The notes under the pieces: generated by a model | Database searches by the model: none | Told to the model about the DNA's origin: nothing | The model's input: only the letters and a program-made list of their open reading frames with translations | Shown here: piece by piece, positions 54,426 through 64,000 of the stretch | Layout of the letters: each line of letters opens with the position of its first letter | How positions within the stretch are numbered: the stretch's first letter is position 1 | Translations under genes and position numbers: made by a program | Source: an uncultured Chloroflexia bacterium | Lineage (GTDB): Bacteria; Chloroflexota; Limnocylindria; Limnocylindrales; CSP1-4 | Length of the DNA: 64,000 bases | Direction of reading: 5' to 3' | Assembly (NCBI GenBank): GCA_963766685.1 | Contig: CAVYBJ010000001.1 | Span: 343-64,342 of the forward strand

Positions 54426-54528
54426 CCTCGGCGGCATCGTGGGGCAGGCAGGTTCGGTCCGGGTGGCCGCGTCTCAGCATGCCGTTCGGCTCCCCCGACA
54501 CGTCCTCCGCCATGCGAAACTTGTACTC

Positions 54529-55035
54529 GTGAGGTTGGAATTGACGCACCGCGGCGCCTACGCCATCCGCGCCGTGCTGACGCTGGCACGCGAGGATGGC
54601 GGCACCGTGGTCCCCGCGCGGACCATCGCCCAGCGCATGGAGATCCCCGTGCGCTTCCTGCCGCAGGTGCTCGGCGACCTGAGCCGGGCCGGGATCGTGG
54701 AGGCGCGCCTGGGTCGTGCCGGTGGCTACCGGCTGGCCAAGGACCCGGCCATCATCAGCGTTCTGGACATCATCGAGGCCACGGAGGGAGACACCCGGCG
54801 TCAGACCTGCGTGCTGACCGGTTTGCGCTGCGGGGACTCGAAGGTCCCCTGCGACGTCCACGTGGTCTTCTCGGAGGCACAGGTGGCCATCCTCACCCGC
54901 CTTGCGGAGACCACGGTCGCGAACGTCCTGGAGACGGCCGCCTTGGAGGGCCTCGCCGCGGCGGTGGAGGGCCTCGCCGCGGCGGTGGATGGCCTCGTCG
55001 AACGCGACCCGTCACTGGTGGCCGCGGCTCCATAG
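54529..55035 (+). CDS. Rrf2-family transcriptional regulator with three-Cys cluster motif
   Basis: GTG 54529 gives VRLELTHRGAYAIRAVLTLA. wHTH ARTIAQRMEIPVRFLPQVLGDLSRAGIV. Cys ligand candidates CVLTGLRCGDSKVPC. Confidence 0.8.
   Translation: MRLELTHRGAYAIRAVLTLAREDGGTVVPARTIAQRMEIPVRFLPQVLGDLSRAGIVEARLGRAGGYRLAKDPAIISVLDIIEATEGDTRRQTCVLTGLRCGDSKVPCDVHVVFSEAQVAILTRLAETTVANVLETAALEGLAAAVEGLAAAVDGLVERDPSLVAAAP
54946..54997 (+). repeat. 21-bp in-frame tandem repeat (about 2.5 copies) in the 3' end of the Rrf2 gene
   Basis: GAGGGCCTCGCCGCGGCGGTG occurs at 54946-54966 and again at 54967-54987, then a partial GATGGCCTCG. It encodes EGLAAAV EGLAAAV DGL. Confidence 0.85.
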
Positions 55036-55100
55036 GTCCGGCAAGGCCCGCCGCCCAGGCGCGCTCCGGGGGCAGGCGACAGCGGAGATGCCGCGCGGCC

Positions 55101-55815
55101 TCAGAAGCTGGAGCCGGGCTTGTGCTTGGCCACGTAGGCGGCGGCCTGCGCGCGGCGCTGCAGGTTCAGCTTGGAGAGGATCGAGCTGACGTAGTTCTTG
55201 ACGGTCTTGTCGGACAGGAAGACCTCGGCGGCGATCTCCTTGTTCGTCTTGCCCTCGGCCACCAGGAGCAGGATCTTCTGCTCCTGGGCGGTGAGCTGGG
55301 CGAACTCGTCGGTGTAGGCGCTCGTGGCGATGCGCCGCACACGCTCGAGGACCTTCTCGGTGACCGCCGGGTCGAGCAGCGACTCGCCGCGGCCGACCGC
55401 CTCCAGCGCCGAGATGAGGTCGCGGGCCCGGACCTGCTTGAGCAGGTAGCCGCTGGCGCCGGCCACGATGGCCGAGAGGACGGCCTCCTCGTCCGGGTAG
55501 CTGGTGAGCATGACGACGCGGATGTGCGGGTGCTCGGCACGGATCTCGCGACAGGCCTCGATGCCCGAACCGTCGGGCAGGCGGACGTCCATGATCACGA
55601 GGTCCGGCGCGAAGCGGTCTACGGCCAGCAGCGGCCTCCTCGACGGTGCCCGCCTCGGCCACCACCTGGAAGGCCTCGCGTCGGTTGAGCAGGGCGGCCA
55701 GGCCCTGGCGGACGACCTCATGGTCGTCGACGACAAGCAGCCGCAGCGTCTTGACCGTGGGGCCGCTGTCGCCGGAGTGCCGGGTGATGCCCCGGACCTC
55801 CATGGGGTCTGTCAT
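55101..55815 (-). pseudogene. NarL/LuxR-family response regulator (DosR/DevR-like); one +1 break near 55632
   Basis: The receiver N-part LRLLVVDDHEVVRQGL is in ORF 55012..55815. DLVIMDVRLPDGSG and the HTH LTAQEQKILLLVAEGKTNKEIAAEVFLSDKTVKNYVSSILSKL are in ORF 55101..55736. Confidence 0.85.
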
Positions 55816-57125
55816 GTGCTCGACTCCTTGGCTCGGCCGCGCTCGCCCCGCGGCATCTCGAAGACCACGCGGGTCCCGCGCGGACCGCTCTGGATCGTCA
55901 GCGCGCCGCCGAGGGACTCGGCGCGCGCGTGCATGTTCGTGAGGCCGTGATGGCCGGGGCGCTGGCTCTCCGCGGTGTCGAACCCGCGCCCATCGTCGAT
56001 GATAGACAGGCGCAGCACATCGCGACGATCATCCACATGGACGCTCACCTTGCTGGCTCCCGCGTGCCGGGCCACGTTGCTCATGGCTTCGCGGGTGAGC
56101 TGGATGAGCTGGATGGTGTCGTCGGGGTCGAGCGGCACGTCCGGGTCGCTCACGAGCTCGACCTCCGTGGTCGTGCTGCGCTCGAACTCGTCGGCGAGGG
56201 CGGTGAGGCCGGCCAGCAGGTCGACGGCCCGGCGAGCCTCCGGGTCGAGGCCCATGATGAAGTCGCGGATCTCCTGGATGGTGCCGTGGATGGACTCGAT
56301 GGCGTGGTCGATGCGGTCGACCGCCTGGACGGGGTCGATGTCCATGAGCTCTTCGGTGTCCTCGAGCGCCAGGCTCACGGCATAGAGCGACTGGATCGAG
56401 CCGTCGTGAAGGTCCTGGGCGATGCGCTCGCGCTCCTGGAGCACCGCCAGCTGGCGCAGTTCCTCGTGCATGCGGGCGTTGTGGATGGCCAGGCCCGCGT
56501 GGCGGGCGAACGATCTCCACGAGGCGCTCGTCCTCTTCGGTGAAGCTGCCCACCGCCGGTCTTGTCGGTCAGGTAGAGGTTGCCGATGACGCGACCCTCG
56601 ACACGCACGGGCACACCCAGGAAGTCGTGCATGATCGGGTGGTGCGGGGGGAAGGCGGCGCTCCGCGGGTCCTCGGCGATGTCCGGCACGCGGAGCGCTC
56701 GGTCCTCGCGGAGCGTCGCGCCCAGGAGGCCGTGGCCCCGCGGCGGGTGCGCGATGGCGCGCCGCACGTCGTCGTCGACGCCGCTGGTGATGAAGCGCTC
56801 CAGGCTGCCGCGGTCGTCCGGGATGCCCAGTGCGGCGTACCTCGCGCCGACCAGCGGGCGCACGCTGTCGACGATGATCTGGAGCACGCGCTCGAGCGAG
56901 AGCTCCTGGGAGATGGCCACGGTGGCGGCGTCGAGGGCCTCCAGGCGCCGCCGGGCTTCGTGGGCCGCTGCCGCCCAGGCCTCGGCGGCCCGGATGGCTG
57001 CCGCGAGCTCTTCGCGGGTGGGGCCGCTGTCCGTGGGGTCGCTGGCCGAGAGGTCCGGCGTCCTCCGTGCCCCGGACCACCTCCGCGGCGTCCGCGTCGC
57101 TCGTGCTGACGATGCCCTGATGCAT
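55812..57125 (-). pseudogene. GAF-domain sensor histidine kinase, HisKA_3 type (DosS/DevS-like); three +1 breaks (~57055, ~56555, ~56505)
   Basis: GAF ...PRGHGLLGATL...PPHHPIMHDFLGVPVRVEGRVIGNLYLTDK is in ORF 56375..57235. SFTEEDERLVEI is in ORF 56029..56553. H-box ERERIAQDLHDGSIQSLYA and the ATPase motifs (EAMSNVARHA, DDGRGF, HGLTNM) are in ORF 55812..57125. Confidence 0.85.
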
Positions 57126-57362
57126 GTGGTCAATCTACCAGTCCTGAGATGACCAATGGCCCCCGCCGAGCCTGCTATCGGCCCTGCGCCCGTTCCACGA
57201 GGCCGATACCCTTCCGCCATGCACGCCAAGTCCATCCCCCCGATGTCTGATCAGGCCATGCTCGAGGGCCGCGACGACGACCATCCGGCCGTCGCCGGCG
57301 ACCCCGCAGCTCCCGGTACCGCTCCGACGGCGGACCCCGGCATCCTCGTGCCGGCTTCGCTG

Positions 57363-58560
57363 ATGGTGCAGTCTCGGCGCGGATTCCTGCGCGGCGCCCT
57401 CGCGGTCGCCGGCGGGACCGCAGCCGCGGCCGCACTGGCCGCCTGCGCTCCGGCGGCTGGCAGCGCCTGGTCCTACGCTCCACTCCGATCGCTGACCGCG
57501 GCTTCCGGCACTGAAGGTGCCACGGAGGGCGAGGCGGCTGCCTCGCCGGCGGCCGCATCGTCCACGGAGCCGCTCACGCAGCCGGTCGCCGAGTGAGCCC
57601 CTGCCGCCCGGCTGGACCGAGCACGACATGGCCGCGCGCGAGAAGGTGCGGCGCTTCGTGGGCAACCTGGCCGTTCCGCTGGGCCTGGCGCCCTTCATCG
57701 GCGAGCCGACGCAGGATCCCGAATTCACGATGGTGCAGCACGGCAACCAGCCGCTGGAGCCCACGATCGATGGCGACACCAAGGTCTTCGACCTGACCAT
57801 CGACGCCATGAACTGGCAGATCGACGCCATGAAGGAGCCGGTCGCTGCGCTCGGCTACAACAAGTCGTGGCCAGGCCCCGCCCTGCGCGTGACCGAGGGT
57901 GACAAGGTCCGCGTCAACTTCACCAACAACCTCGACGAGACGACGGGCGTCCACTTCCACGGCATCGAGTTCGCTGACTTCCGCATGGACGGCATCCCGT
58001 TCGTGACACAGCTGCCCATCACGCCGGGCGAGACGTTCACCTACGAGTTCGTGGCCTCACCGTCCGGTTCCCACATGTACCACTCGCACCACAACGCCAC
58101 CGACCAGGTCGGTCGAGGCCTGCTGGGTGCCTTCATCGTCGATCCCGCCGACCCCGCCGAGCGCTACGACCAGAAGTACGGCGTGACCCAGGAGTACATC
58201 TTCATCCACAACGACTCGCTGGGCGGCTTCACCATCAACGGTCACGGCTTCCCGGCCACCGCGCCGATCGTGGCCAAGAAGGGCGAGCGCGTCCTCATCC
58301 GCTACATGAACGAGGGCGTGATGATGCATCCGTGGCACACCCACGGGTTCCGCCAGCACGTCGTGGCTCGGGACGGCGCGCCCCTCGGCTCGGCGGCCTT
58401 CTACGCCGACACGCTCGGCGTCAATCCGGGCGAGCGCTTCGACACCATCGTGGAGGCTGATCGCGTGGGCGTCTGGGCGCTGCACTGCCACATCCTGCCG
58501 CACGTCGAGGGCCTCGACGGCATGTTCGGGATGGTCACCGCCCTCGTCGTCACCGAGTGA
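57363..58560 (+). pseudogene. Tat-exported (lipobox-bearing) multicopper oxidase; one +1 break near 57593
   Basis: ATG 57363 gives MVQSRRGFLRGALAVAGGTAAAAALAAC (twin-Arg plus LAAC). Copper motifs GVHFHGIEF, HMYHSHHN, HPWHTHGF and HCHILPHVEGLDGMFG are in ORF 57517..58560. Upstream ATGs (57219, 57243) are possible but leave the Tat motif too far in. Confidence 0.8.
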
Positions 58561-58620
58561 TCGAGGCATCCACAGGGTTGGCCATGGGATCGTCCGCGCC
58601 CGAACTGGCACCGCGATGCC

Positions 58621-59079
58621 GTGCCCGGTGAGGTGCGCCCGTTCCAGACCATCCTCCTCGCGACCGACCTGTCGGTGGCTTCGAGAGAGGCCACCGACCG
58701 GGCCATCGACCTGGCCAGGCGCCTCGGCGCCCGCCTGCTCATCGTGAACGTGCTGGACAAGCGGCGCCTCGCCGGCGGCGGCGCGCACGAGCGTGTCGAC
58801 CAGGCACGAGCCGAGCGTGAGTCGCACCTCGTGAAGGTCGTGCGCGACGCGCGCGCGGCGGGCGTCACCGCGGAGTTCCTGGTCTGGGAGGGCGACCCCG
58901 GATCTTCCATCGCGGCCGCGGCCGACGCGGAGCGCGCGGATCTCGTGGTGGTCGGCACCCGAGGCCGGAGCGGCGCCGGACGCATGCTGCTGGGTTCCGT
59001 ATCCGACCACGTCGTGCGCAACGCGAGCTGCCCGGTGCTCGTCGTGCGGCCTTCGAGCCGCCATGGCAGCGAGGCGTAG
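58621..59079 (+). CDS. Universal stress protein (UspA family)
   Basis: FQTILLATDLS...ADLVVVGTRGRSGAGRMLLGSVSDHVVRNASCPVLVV. Confidence 0.8.
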   Translation: MPGEVRPFQTILLATDLSVASREATDRAIDLARRLGARLLIVNVLDKRRLAGGGAHERVDQARAERESHLVKVVRDARAAGVTAEFLVWEGDPGSSIAAAADAERADLVVVGTRGRSGAGRMLLGSVSDHVVRNASCPVLVVRPSSRHGSEA

Positions 59080-60040
59080 CCCAGCGGCCGCTGCGGGGGG
59101 AGGGCAGGCCGCGCCGCGACCGGGCCCCGGCTGGCGGCCTGTCCTGCTGCTGATGGCTGCCGGGCTGGCCGTGGCGGTGGCGCTGGTCGGCGTCCTTTCA
59201 GGTGGGGTCTCCAGGATCGCGTTGGCCGACCAGGGCGATCTGGACGTCGTCCTGGACTCGACGCAGCACTGGGTGGGCACGAACGACGTGCTGCTGAGCG
59301 TCTATGACACTGACGGGTCGTCGATCGCGGATCGGTCGCTCCCGCTGCTCGTGGAGTTGAGCGGGCCGCATGGGCAGCGACTGGCGGCCGAGCCGGCCAT
59401 CGAGCAGTTCGCGACCTATGGTCGGCGCCTCTACCGGGCGCGCGTACCGCTCGACGAGGTGGGCCGCTGGGACGTCCGCGTCAGCGCGGTGGATGAGGGC
59501 ATGACCCTGACGGGTGCGACGATCCTGGAGGTATCGCCCGATGACGGCACCCCCGCGCTCGGCTCACTCGTGCCCGGCGGGGACACGCCCACGATGTTCG
59601 ACGCCCACAGCCTCATGCATCACATCAGCTCCGACCCGGAGCCGGTCACGGCCTTCTACACCTGGTCGCTCGACGACGCGCTGGCGCAGCATCAGCCCAC
59701 GGTCTTCATCCTGGACTCCTATGCCGCGCGTCCCAATGCAGCCTGCGGTGGGGCGCTGGGCATCCTGCATGACATCTTCTTCGACTACCCCGGCCTGACC
59801 ATCATCCACGCGGAGCCCTGGAAGACACAGCCGGATCCGGACGGCATGCTGGAGCTCGATCCGCCGGGCGGCCCTCCCGAGCTGACCGACTACGCGGGCG
59901 CGTGGGGCATCACCGATCCGCCGTGGATCTTCGTCATCGATCGTGACGGGAGGCTGCAGGCCAAGTTCACCGGCGTCGTCGGCAGCGACGAGCTGCGCGC
60001 CGCCATGGCGTCCGTGGAGGCCGAGAGGCCGGCGACCTGA
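59063..60040 (+). CDS. Membrane-anchored hypothetical protein: Ig-like (FixH/YtkA-like) module plus thioredoxin-fold module lacking CxxC
   Basis: One TM helix (VLLLMAAGLAVAVALVGVL). A beta-rich module (LLSVYDTDG...RWDVRVSAV). A C-terminal redoxin-like layout (PTVFILDSYAARPNAACGG...PWIFVIDRDGRLQAKF) with a single Cys where CxxC is expected. Confidence 0.45.
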   Translation: MAARRSPAAAAGGGQAAPRPGPGWRPVLLLMAAGLAVAVALVGVLSGGVSRIALADQGDLDVVLDSTQHWVGTNDVLLSVYDTDGSSIADRSLPLLVELSGPHGQRLAAEPAIEQFATYGRRLYRARVPLDEVGRWDVRVSAVDEGMTLTGATILEVSPDDGTPALGSLVPGGDTPTMFDAHSLMHHISSDPEPVTAFYTWSLDDALAQHQPTVFILDSYAARPNAACGGALGILHDIFFDYPGLTIIHAEPWKTQPDPDGMLELDPPGGPPELTDYAGAWGITDPPWIFVIDRDGRLQAKFTGVVGSDELRAAMASVEAERPAT

Positions 60041-60061
60041 CGATCGGACGGCGTGCCCGAG

Positions 60062-61346
60062 TCATGACGCCGCAGGGCTGCGCCCGGCGCCAAGGGCGGC
60101 CTCCGTCTCCACGATGCGGGCCAGGATGGCGTCCCGCAACTGGTCAAGTCCGGCGTTGACCGCACTGCTTGCCGTGGCGATGGTGGTCAGGCGTGTCTTG
60201 AGGGCGCGCAGCGCGTCAAGCTCTGGGGCGATGCGAGCCAGCGCGTCACGGACCGCCGCGGCATCGACCTCCGTCGCCGCCTGCTCGGACCGTGCCGAGG
60301 GCCAGCAGCCGGGCCAGCCGCAGGGCCGCCTCCAGGGTCGCGGCGTCCGGCGCCTGGGGATCGACGACGCAGTAGACGTTGCCCTGCCGCACGTCGAACG
60401 GGGCGATGCCGGCTGGGGCATGGGCCGTGCTGAAGACCACCAGGGCCACGGCGGCATCGCGGTTGCGCCGCGCCTCCTCCAGTTCCTCCCGCATGGCGCG
60501 TCCCGAGACGGCCCGGTCCTTGCATTCGACGACGATGCGCAGGCAGGCCCCGGCGACCGTCTGCGGGTCGAGCGTGATGACGAAGTCACCTTTGCGCGAA
60601 CGGAGCATGTCCCCGGCGGCATCCGCCGTCCGCTCCAGGACGTGGTCCGTGCCCCGCAGGGAGTGGGCCAGGATGTCCTCGACGAGATCCTCGAAGTCCG
60701 CGCCCTTGGCGGCCGAGCGGGCGCGTTCGCTGGCGCGCGCCGTGGCGGCGGCCTCGATGGCTGCCAGCCGCTCGTTGAGCTGCTCGAACCCCCGCGCCAC
60801 CTCCGTGCGGAACTGGTGCAGGGGCGAGCCCAGCCGGGTGGGGTCCAGCAGCTGGGCGAGACGTGAGGCGTCCCCGTCGAAGTAGCTGCCCAGCAGCAGC
60901 CGCATGCGGCCGATGGCGGAGTCCCGCCGCTCGCCATCGAAGAGGTCGCGGGTGAAGGTGCGCAGCTCCCCGCGGTCCCCGAGGAACGCCTCCAGGGTGC
61001 GGGGCAGGCGACCGTCCCCATCCGCGAAGTTGGCACGCAAGATCTCATCCACCTGGGCCGCCACGCGATCGTTGAGGGCCTCAGCCTGGCGCATCATGGC
61101 CTCGAACTCACGGCGGACGACGTCCACGTCCAGAGAGGCGCCGGCATCCTGCAGGGCGATCAGGCCGATGCGCACGGCCCGTGCCATCAGTGCGGGGCGG
61201 TCCGCTTCCGGGCGGCCGCGCATGAAGGTCGCCAGGCCGGGGTCCACCAGGGTGAGTCCGTCGACGACGATGCGGTCCCCGGACACCGAGATGCGCTCAC
61301 GCGAGCGTCCGAGGGCGGGTAACTGGAGGACGGTGGCGCTGTCCAT
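60062..61346 (-). pseudogene. Hypothetical protein with coiled-coil regions and a PD-(D/E)xK-like nuclease core; one +1 break near 60293
   Basis: ATG 61346 gives MDSATVLQLP... Core KGDFVITLDPQTVAGACLRIVVECKDR (D...ExK) is in ORF 60246..61427. The helical C-terminal tail SEQAATEVDAAAVRDALARI...LDQLRDAILARIVE is in ORF 60062..61048. Confidence 0.5.
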
Positions 61347-61413
61347 GTCCGGTATCGTGGCGCCGGCCTGTGCCAGCTTGCATGGCACGGGTCCGGCTAC
61401 GCTGCAGCGATCC

Positions 61414-61950
61414 ATGATCCTGGTCATCGCCCCCGGCGCCTCCGGTCAGCCCGCCTCCATGGCGGCGCACGTCGCCGGCCTCGCCGCACGTGGCGTCACG
61501 GCGCATGCCATCGGCCTGCCCCTGCGGCGGGCGGAAGCGGCCGTGCCCGCCTATCGCGAGGCGATCGCCAGGATCGCACCGCCTGCTGACGTGATCGTGG
61601 CTGGCCAGTCCTACGGTGGCCGCGTGGCGAGCCTGCTGGCGGCAGCGGACCCCGGGACGTACGCGGGGCTCGTCTGCTTCAGCTACCCGCTGCATCGCCC
61701 GGGCCAACCCGGCTGGGAGGAGCGCACGGCCCACTGGCCTTCCCTGGATCTGCCCGTGCTGCTCCTCTCCGGGGAAGCCGATCCCTTCGCCCGCATCGGC
61801 CTGCTGCGACGGGCCTGCAGCGAGCGTCTGCCTCGTGCCACGCTGGTCACGTACCCCGGTGTCGGCCACAGCCTCACGTCGGTCCTGGCCGACGCGCTCG
61901 ACCGCGTGGCGGCCTTCACGCACGAGATCGCGCTGACTCGCGAAGCCTGA
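61414..61950 (+). CDS. Small alpha/beta-fold hydrolase (dienelactone-hydrolase/KANL3-like)
   Basis: ATG 61414. Nucleophile elbow AGQSYGG, acid SGEADPF and His PGVGHSL. The upstream part of track ORF 60904.. is antisense to the neighbouring gene. Confidence 0.65.
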   Translation: MILVIAPGASGQPASMAAHVAGLAARGVTAHAIGLPLRRAEAAVPAYREAIARIAPPADVIVAGQSYGGRVASLLAAADPGTYAGLVCFSYPLHRPGQPGWEERTAHWPSLDLPVLLLSGEADPFARIGLLRRACSERLPRATLVTYPGVGHSLTSVLADALDRVAAFTHEIALTREA

Positions 61951-61990
61951 CCCAGGAGCGCCCGGTCGTGGCGCTGAGCGCGAGGGCGGG

Positions 61991-62806
61991 CTACTCCGTC
62001 GTCGTGGGCCGGGTTCGGGGGCGTCCCGACGCCCCTGCTGGTGGCACTCGCAGCGAGGAGCCGATGGGCATGACGCGGACGACGGTCTGCGGAGCCATGC
62101 GTCGCACCAGCTGGGCGAACTGGTGGGGCGGGTCGATGCGCGTGGACGGCCGCATCCAGCGGAACCCGACCGGATGGAGCGTGCCCCAGTGGATGGGCAC
62201 TGCGTAGCGGGGCCGGATGGCGGCCACCGCGCGCGCGGCGCCGAACGGGTCGAGGTGCTCGCTGGGCCGAGCCGTCGGCCCCCAGCCCCAGACGGGCAGG
62301 AGCGCCAGGTCGATGGCATCGCCCAGGTCGGCCATGCCCGGGAAGAACGCGGTGTCGCCCGCGAAGTAGTGACGTTGCGAGCCGTGGACGATGAAGCCGA
62401 TGGAGCGGTCCGTGCCACCCACGGGCGGACCGAAGCCGTGGTGATCGGCGTGCACCGCTTCCAGGCGGATGCCGCCCACCCGCACGTCCTCGCCGACGTC
62501 GACCTCCGTGACACGTGTGAAGCCCCGTCGCCGGAGCCCCGGGCCCATGCCTCGCGGCACCACCAGGTGGGTGTCCATTCCCAGCATGCGCAGCGAGCCG
62601 TGATCGAGGTGGTCCCAGTGCGAATGGGAGATGAGCACGACGTCCGCCCCGGCCCAGCGCGCCTGGTCGACGCCGCCGTGTATCCGGACCAGCGGTCCGA
62701 CCCGGCTGCGCAGGATGGGGTCGGTCAGGATGCGCACCCCGTCCATGTCGATGACGATGGTGGCGTGACCGAGGAAGGTCACCAGGGGGCCGGGGTCACG
62801 CTCCAT
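61991..62806 (-). CDS. MBL-fold metallo-hydrolase
   Basis: ATG 62806. Metal motif [11 protein letters not shown], later HADHH and GDTAFF. Confidence 0.8.
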   Translation of the reverse strand: MERDPGPLVTFLGHATIVIDMDGVRILTDPILRSRVGPLVRIHGGVDQARWAGADVVLISHSHWDHLDHGSLRMLGMDTHLVVPRGMGPGLRRRGFTRVTEVDVGEDVRVGGIRLEAVHADHHGFGPPVGGTDRSIGFIVHGSQRHYFAGDTAFFPGMADLGDAIDLALLPVWGWGPTARPSEHLDPFGAARAVAAIRPRYAVPIHWGTLHPVGFRWMRPSTRIDPPHQFAQLVRRMAPQTVVRVMPIGSSLRVPPAGASGRPRTRPTTTE

Positions 62807-62857
62807 GCAGCCAGTATCGTCCAACGCGGTCCGCGCCATCGGCGCTACCATCGCAGC

Positions 62858-63967
62858 GTGATCAGCCCCGACGTGATCCGCAGCGCGCCCAAGGTGCTGC
62901 TCCACGATCATCTCGACGGAGGCCTGCGGCCGCAGACGGTCATCGAGCTGGCGCAGGCCGTGGGTCATCGCGACCTGCCCACGGAGGACCCCGCGGAGCT
63001 GGGGCGCTGGTTCCGCTCAGGTGCGGACCGCAAGTCGCTGGAACTCTATCTCGAGGGGTTCCGGCACACCGTGGCCGTGATGCAGACGCCGGAGGCCATC
63101 GCCCGCGTGGCCTCCGAGTGTGCCCAGGACCTGGCCGCCGACGGCATCGTCTACGCGGAGGTCCGCTACGCCCCGGAGCTGTCCACGCAGCGGGGACTTG
63201 CCCTCGATGCGGTCATGGAGGCCTGGCTGGCCGGCTTCGAGGCGGGCGCTGTGGCCGCCGCTGCCGCGGGGCGTCCCATCGTCATCCGCGCCATCGTGAC
63301 CGCCATGCGGCAGCTGGCGCGATCGGTGGAGATCGCCGAGCTGTCCGTCCGCTATCGCGACCAGGGGGTCGTGGGGTTCGACATCGCTGGGCCGGAAGCT
63401 GGCTTCCCGCCCAGTCGCCACCTGGATGCCTTCCAGCTCATCCACCACGCCAACTTCCACGTCACCATCCACGCCGGGGAGGCCTTCGGCCTGCCATCCA
63501 TCTGGGAGGCGCTGCAGTGGTGCGGCGCGGAGCGACTGGGCCACGGGGTCCGCATCGTCGACGACATCACGGTGGCCCCCGACGGCGAGATCACCCTGGG
63601 TCGCCTGGCCCAGTACGTTCGCGACGTGCGCGTTCCTCTCGAGATGTGCCCCACCTCCAACGTGCATACGGGCGCGGTGCCGTCCATCGAGGCGCATCCC
63701 ATCGACCTTCTCCGTCGCCTCCGCTTCCGGGTCACCGTGAACACGGACAACCGCCTCATGAGCGGCGTCAGCCTCAGCGATGAGTTCATCTCGCTGGTGG
63801 CCACGTTCGGCTTCAGCCTGGACGAGATGCAGTGGCTGTCCACGAACGCCATGAAGTCGTCATTCCTGGCCTTCGACGAACGCCTGCGACTCATCAACGG
63901 CGTCATCAAGCCGGGGTATGAGCGGCTCAAGGCTGAGCAGCTGGCACGATCACCGACGCTGGTCTAG
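62858..63967 (+). CDS. add: Adenosine deaminase
   Basis: GTG 62858. [26 protein letters not shown] and [12 protein letters not shown]. Confidence 0.9.
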   Translation: MISPDVIRSAPKVLLHDHLDGGLRPQTVIELAQAVGHRDLPTEDPAELGRWFRSGADRKSLELYLEGFRHTVAVMQTPEAIARVASECAQDLAADGIVYAEVRYAPELSTQRGLALDAVMEAWLAGFEAGAVAAAAAGRPIVIRAIVTAMRQLARSVEIAELSVRYRDQGVVGFDIAGPEAGFPPSRHLDAFQLIHHANFHVTIHAGEAFGLPSIWEALQWCGAERLGHGVRIVDDITVAPDGEITLGRLAQYVRDVRVPLEMCPTSNVHTGAVPSIEAHPIDLLRRLRFRVTVNTDNRLMSGVSLSDEFISLVATFGFSLDEMQWLSTNAMKSSFLAFDERLRLINGVIKPGYERLKAEQLARSPTLV

Positions 63968-64000
63968 CGGCGCGCCGGTCAGGCCGCCAGGTCCAGGCGC

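Overview
This is a very GC-rich (roughly 70% by eye) bacterial chromosomal segment. It is densely packed with about 64 protein genes. I found no rRNA, tRNA, CRISPR array, transposase or integrase.

Content by block:
- 0-2.4 kb: hexose-phosphate mutase and isomerase.
- 2.5-5.3 kb: a SWIM protein and a secreted metzincin operon.
- 5.4-8.4 kb: a cobalamin riboswitch with a btuFCD-type importer.
- 8.4-11.8 kb: surE, an AI-2E transporter and trpS.
- 11.9-16.5 kb: hom-thrC-thrB-lysC.
- 16.5-27.3 kb: a one-strand biotin/fatty-acid block, birA - ECF sigma - anti-sigma - accD - accA - Lys-less BCCP paralogue - accC - fabZ - metallophosphoesterase - fabF - accB - fabH - fabG.
- 27.3-31.7 kb: an LCP protein, a GAF-GGDEF cyclase and PolX.
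- 31.8-35.6 kb: two uncharacterised genes, a TPR protein with a poly-acidic tail and a 900-aa protein with a Zn ribbon and methyltransferase-like and nuclease-like motifs. This pair is my best candidate for an undescribed system.
- 35.6-48.5 kb: DUF885, a cysteine-desulfurase-like enzyme, acs, moaA, RDD, punA, thyX, an RCK K+ channel, a TerB-like protein and a hydrolase.
- 48.5-51.7 kb: an ArsR-DsrE-TusA-DsrE-TusA-SQR sulfur-trafficking operon.
- 51.8-60 kb: a redox/stress island with DsbA, two USPs, Rrf2, a DosS/DosR-like two-component pair and a Tat multicopper oxidase.
- 60-64 kb: a PD-(D/E)xK-like protein, hydrolases and adenosine deaminase.

About 35 reading-frame breaks interrupt otherwise well-conserved genes, several of them essential. 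Nearly all are of the one-extra-base type and they are strongly clustered. I read them as consensus insertion errors rather than real gene decay, but I list the affected genes as frame-disrupted. Many long ORFs in the track are artefacts of these breaks and of the GC content. They are antisense shadows or read-through fusions of neighbouring genes.
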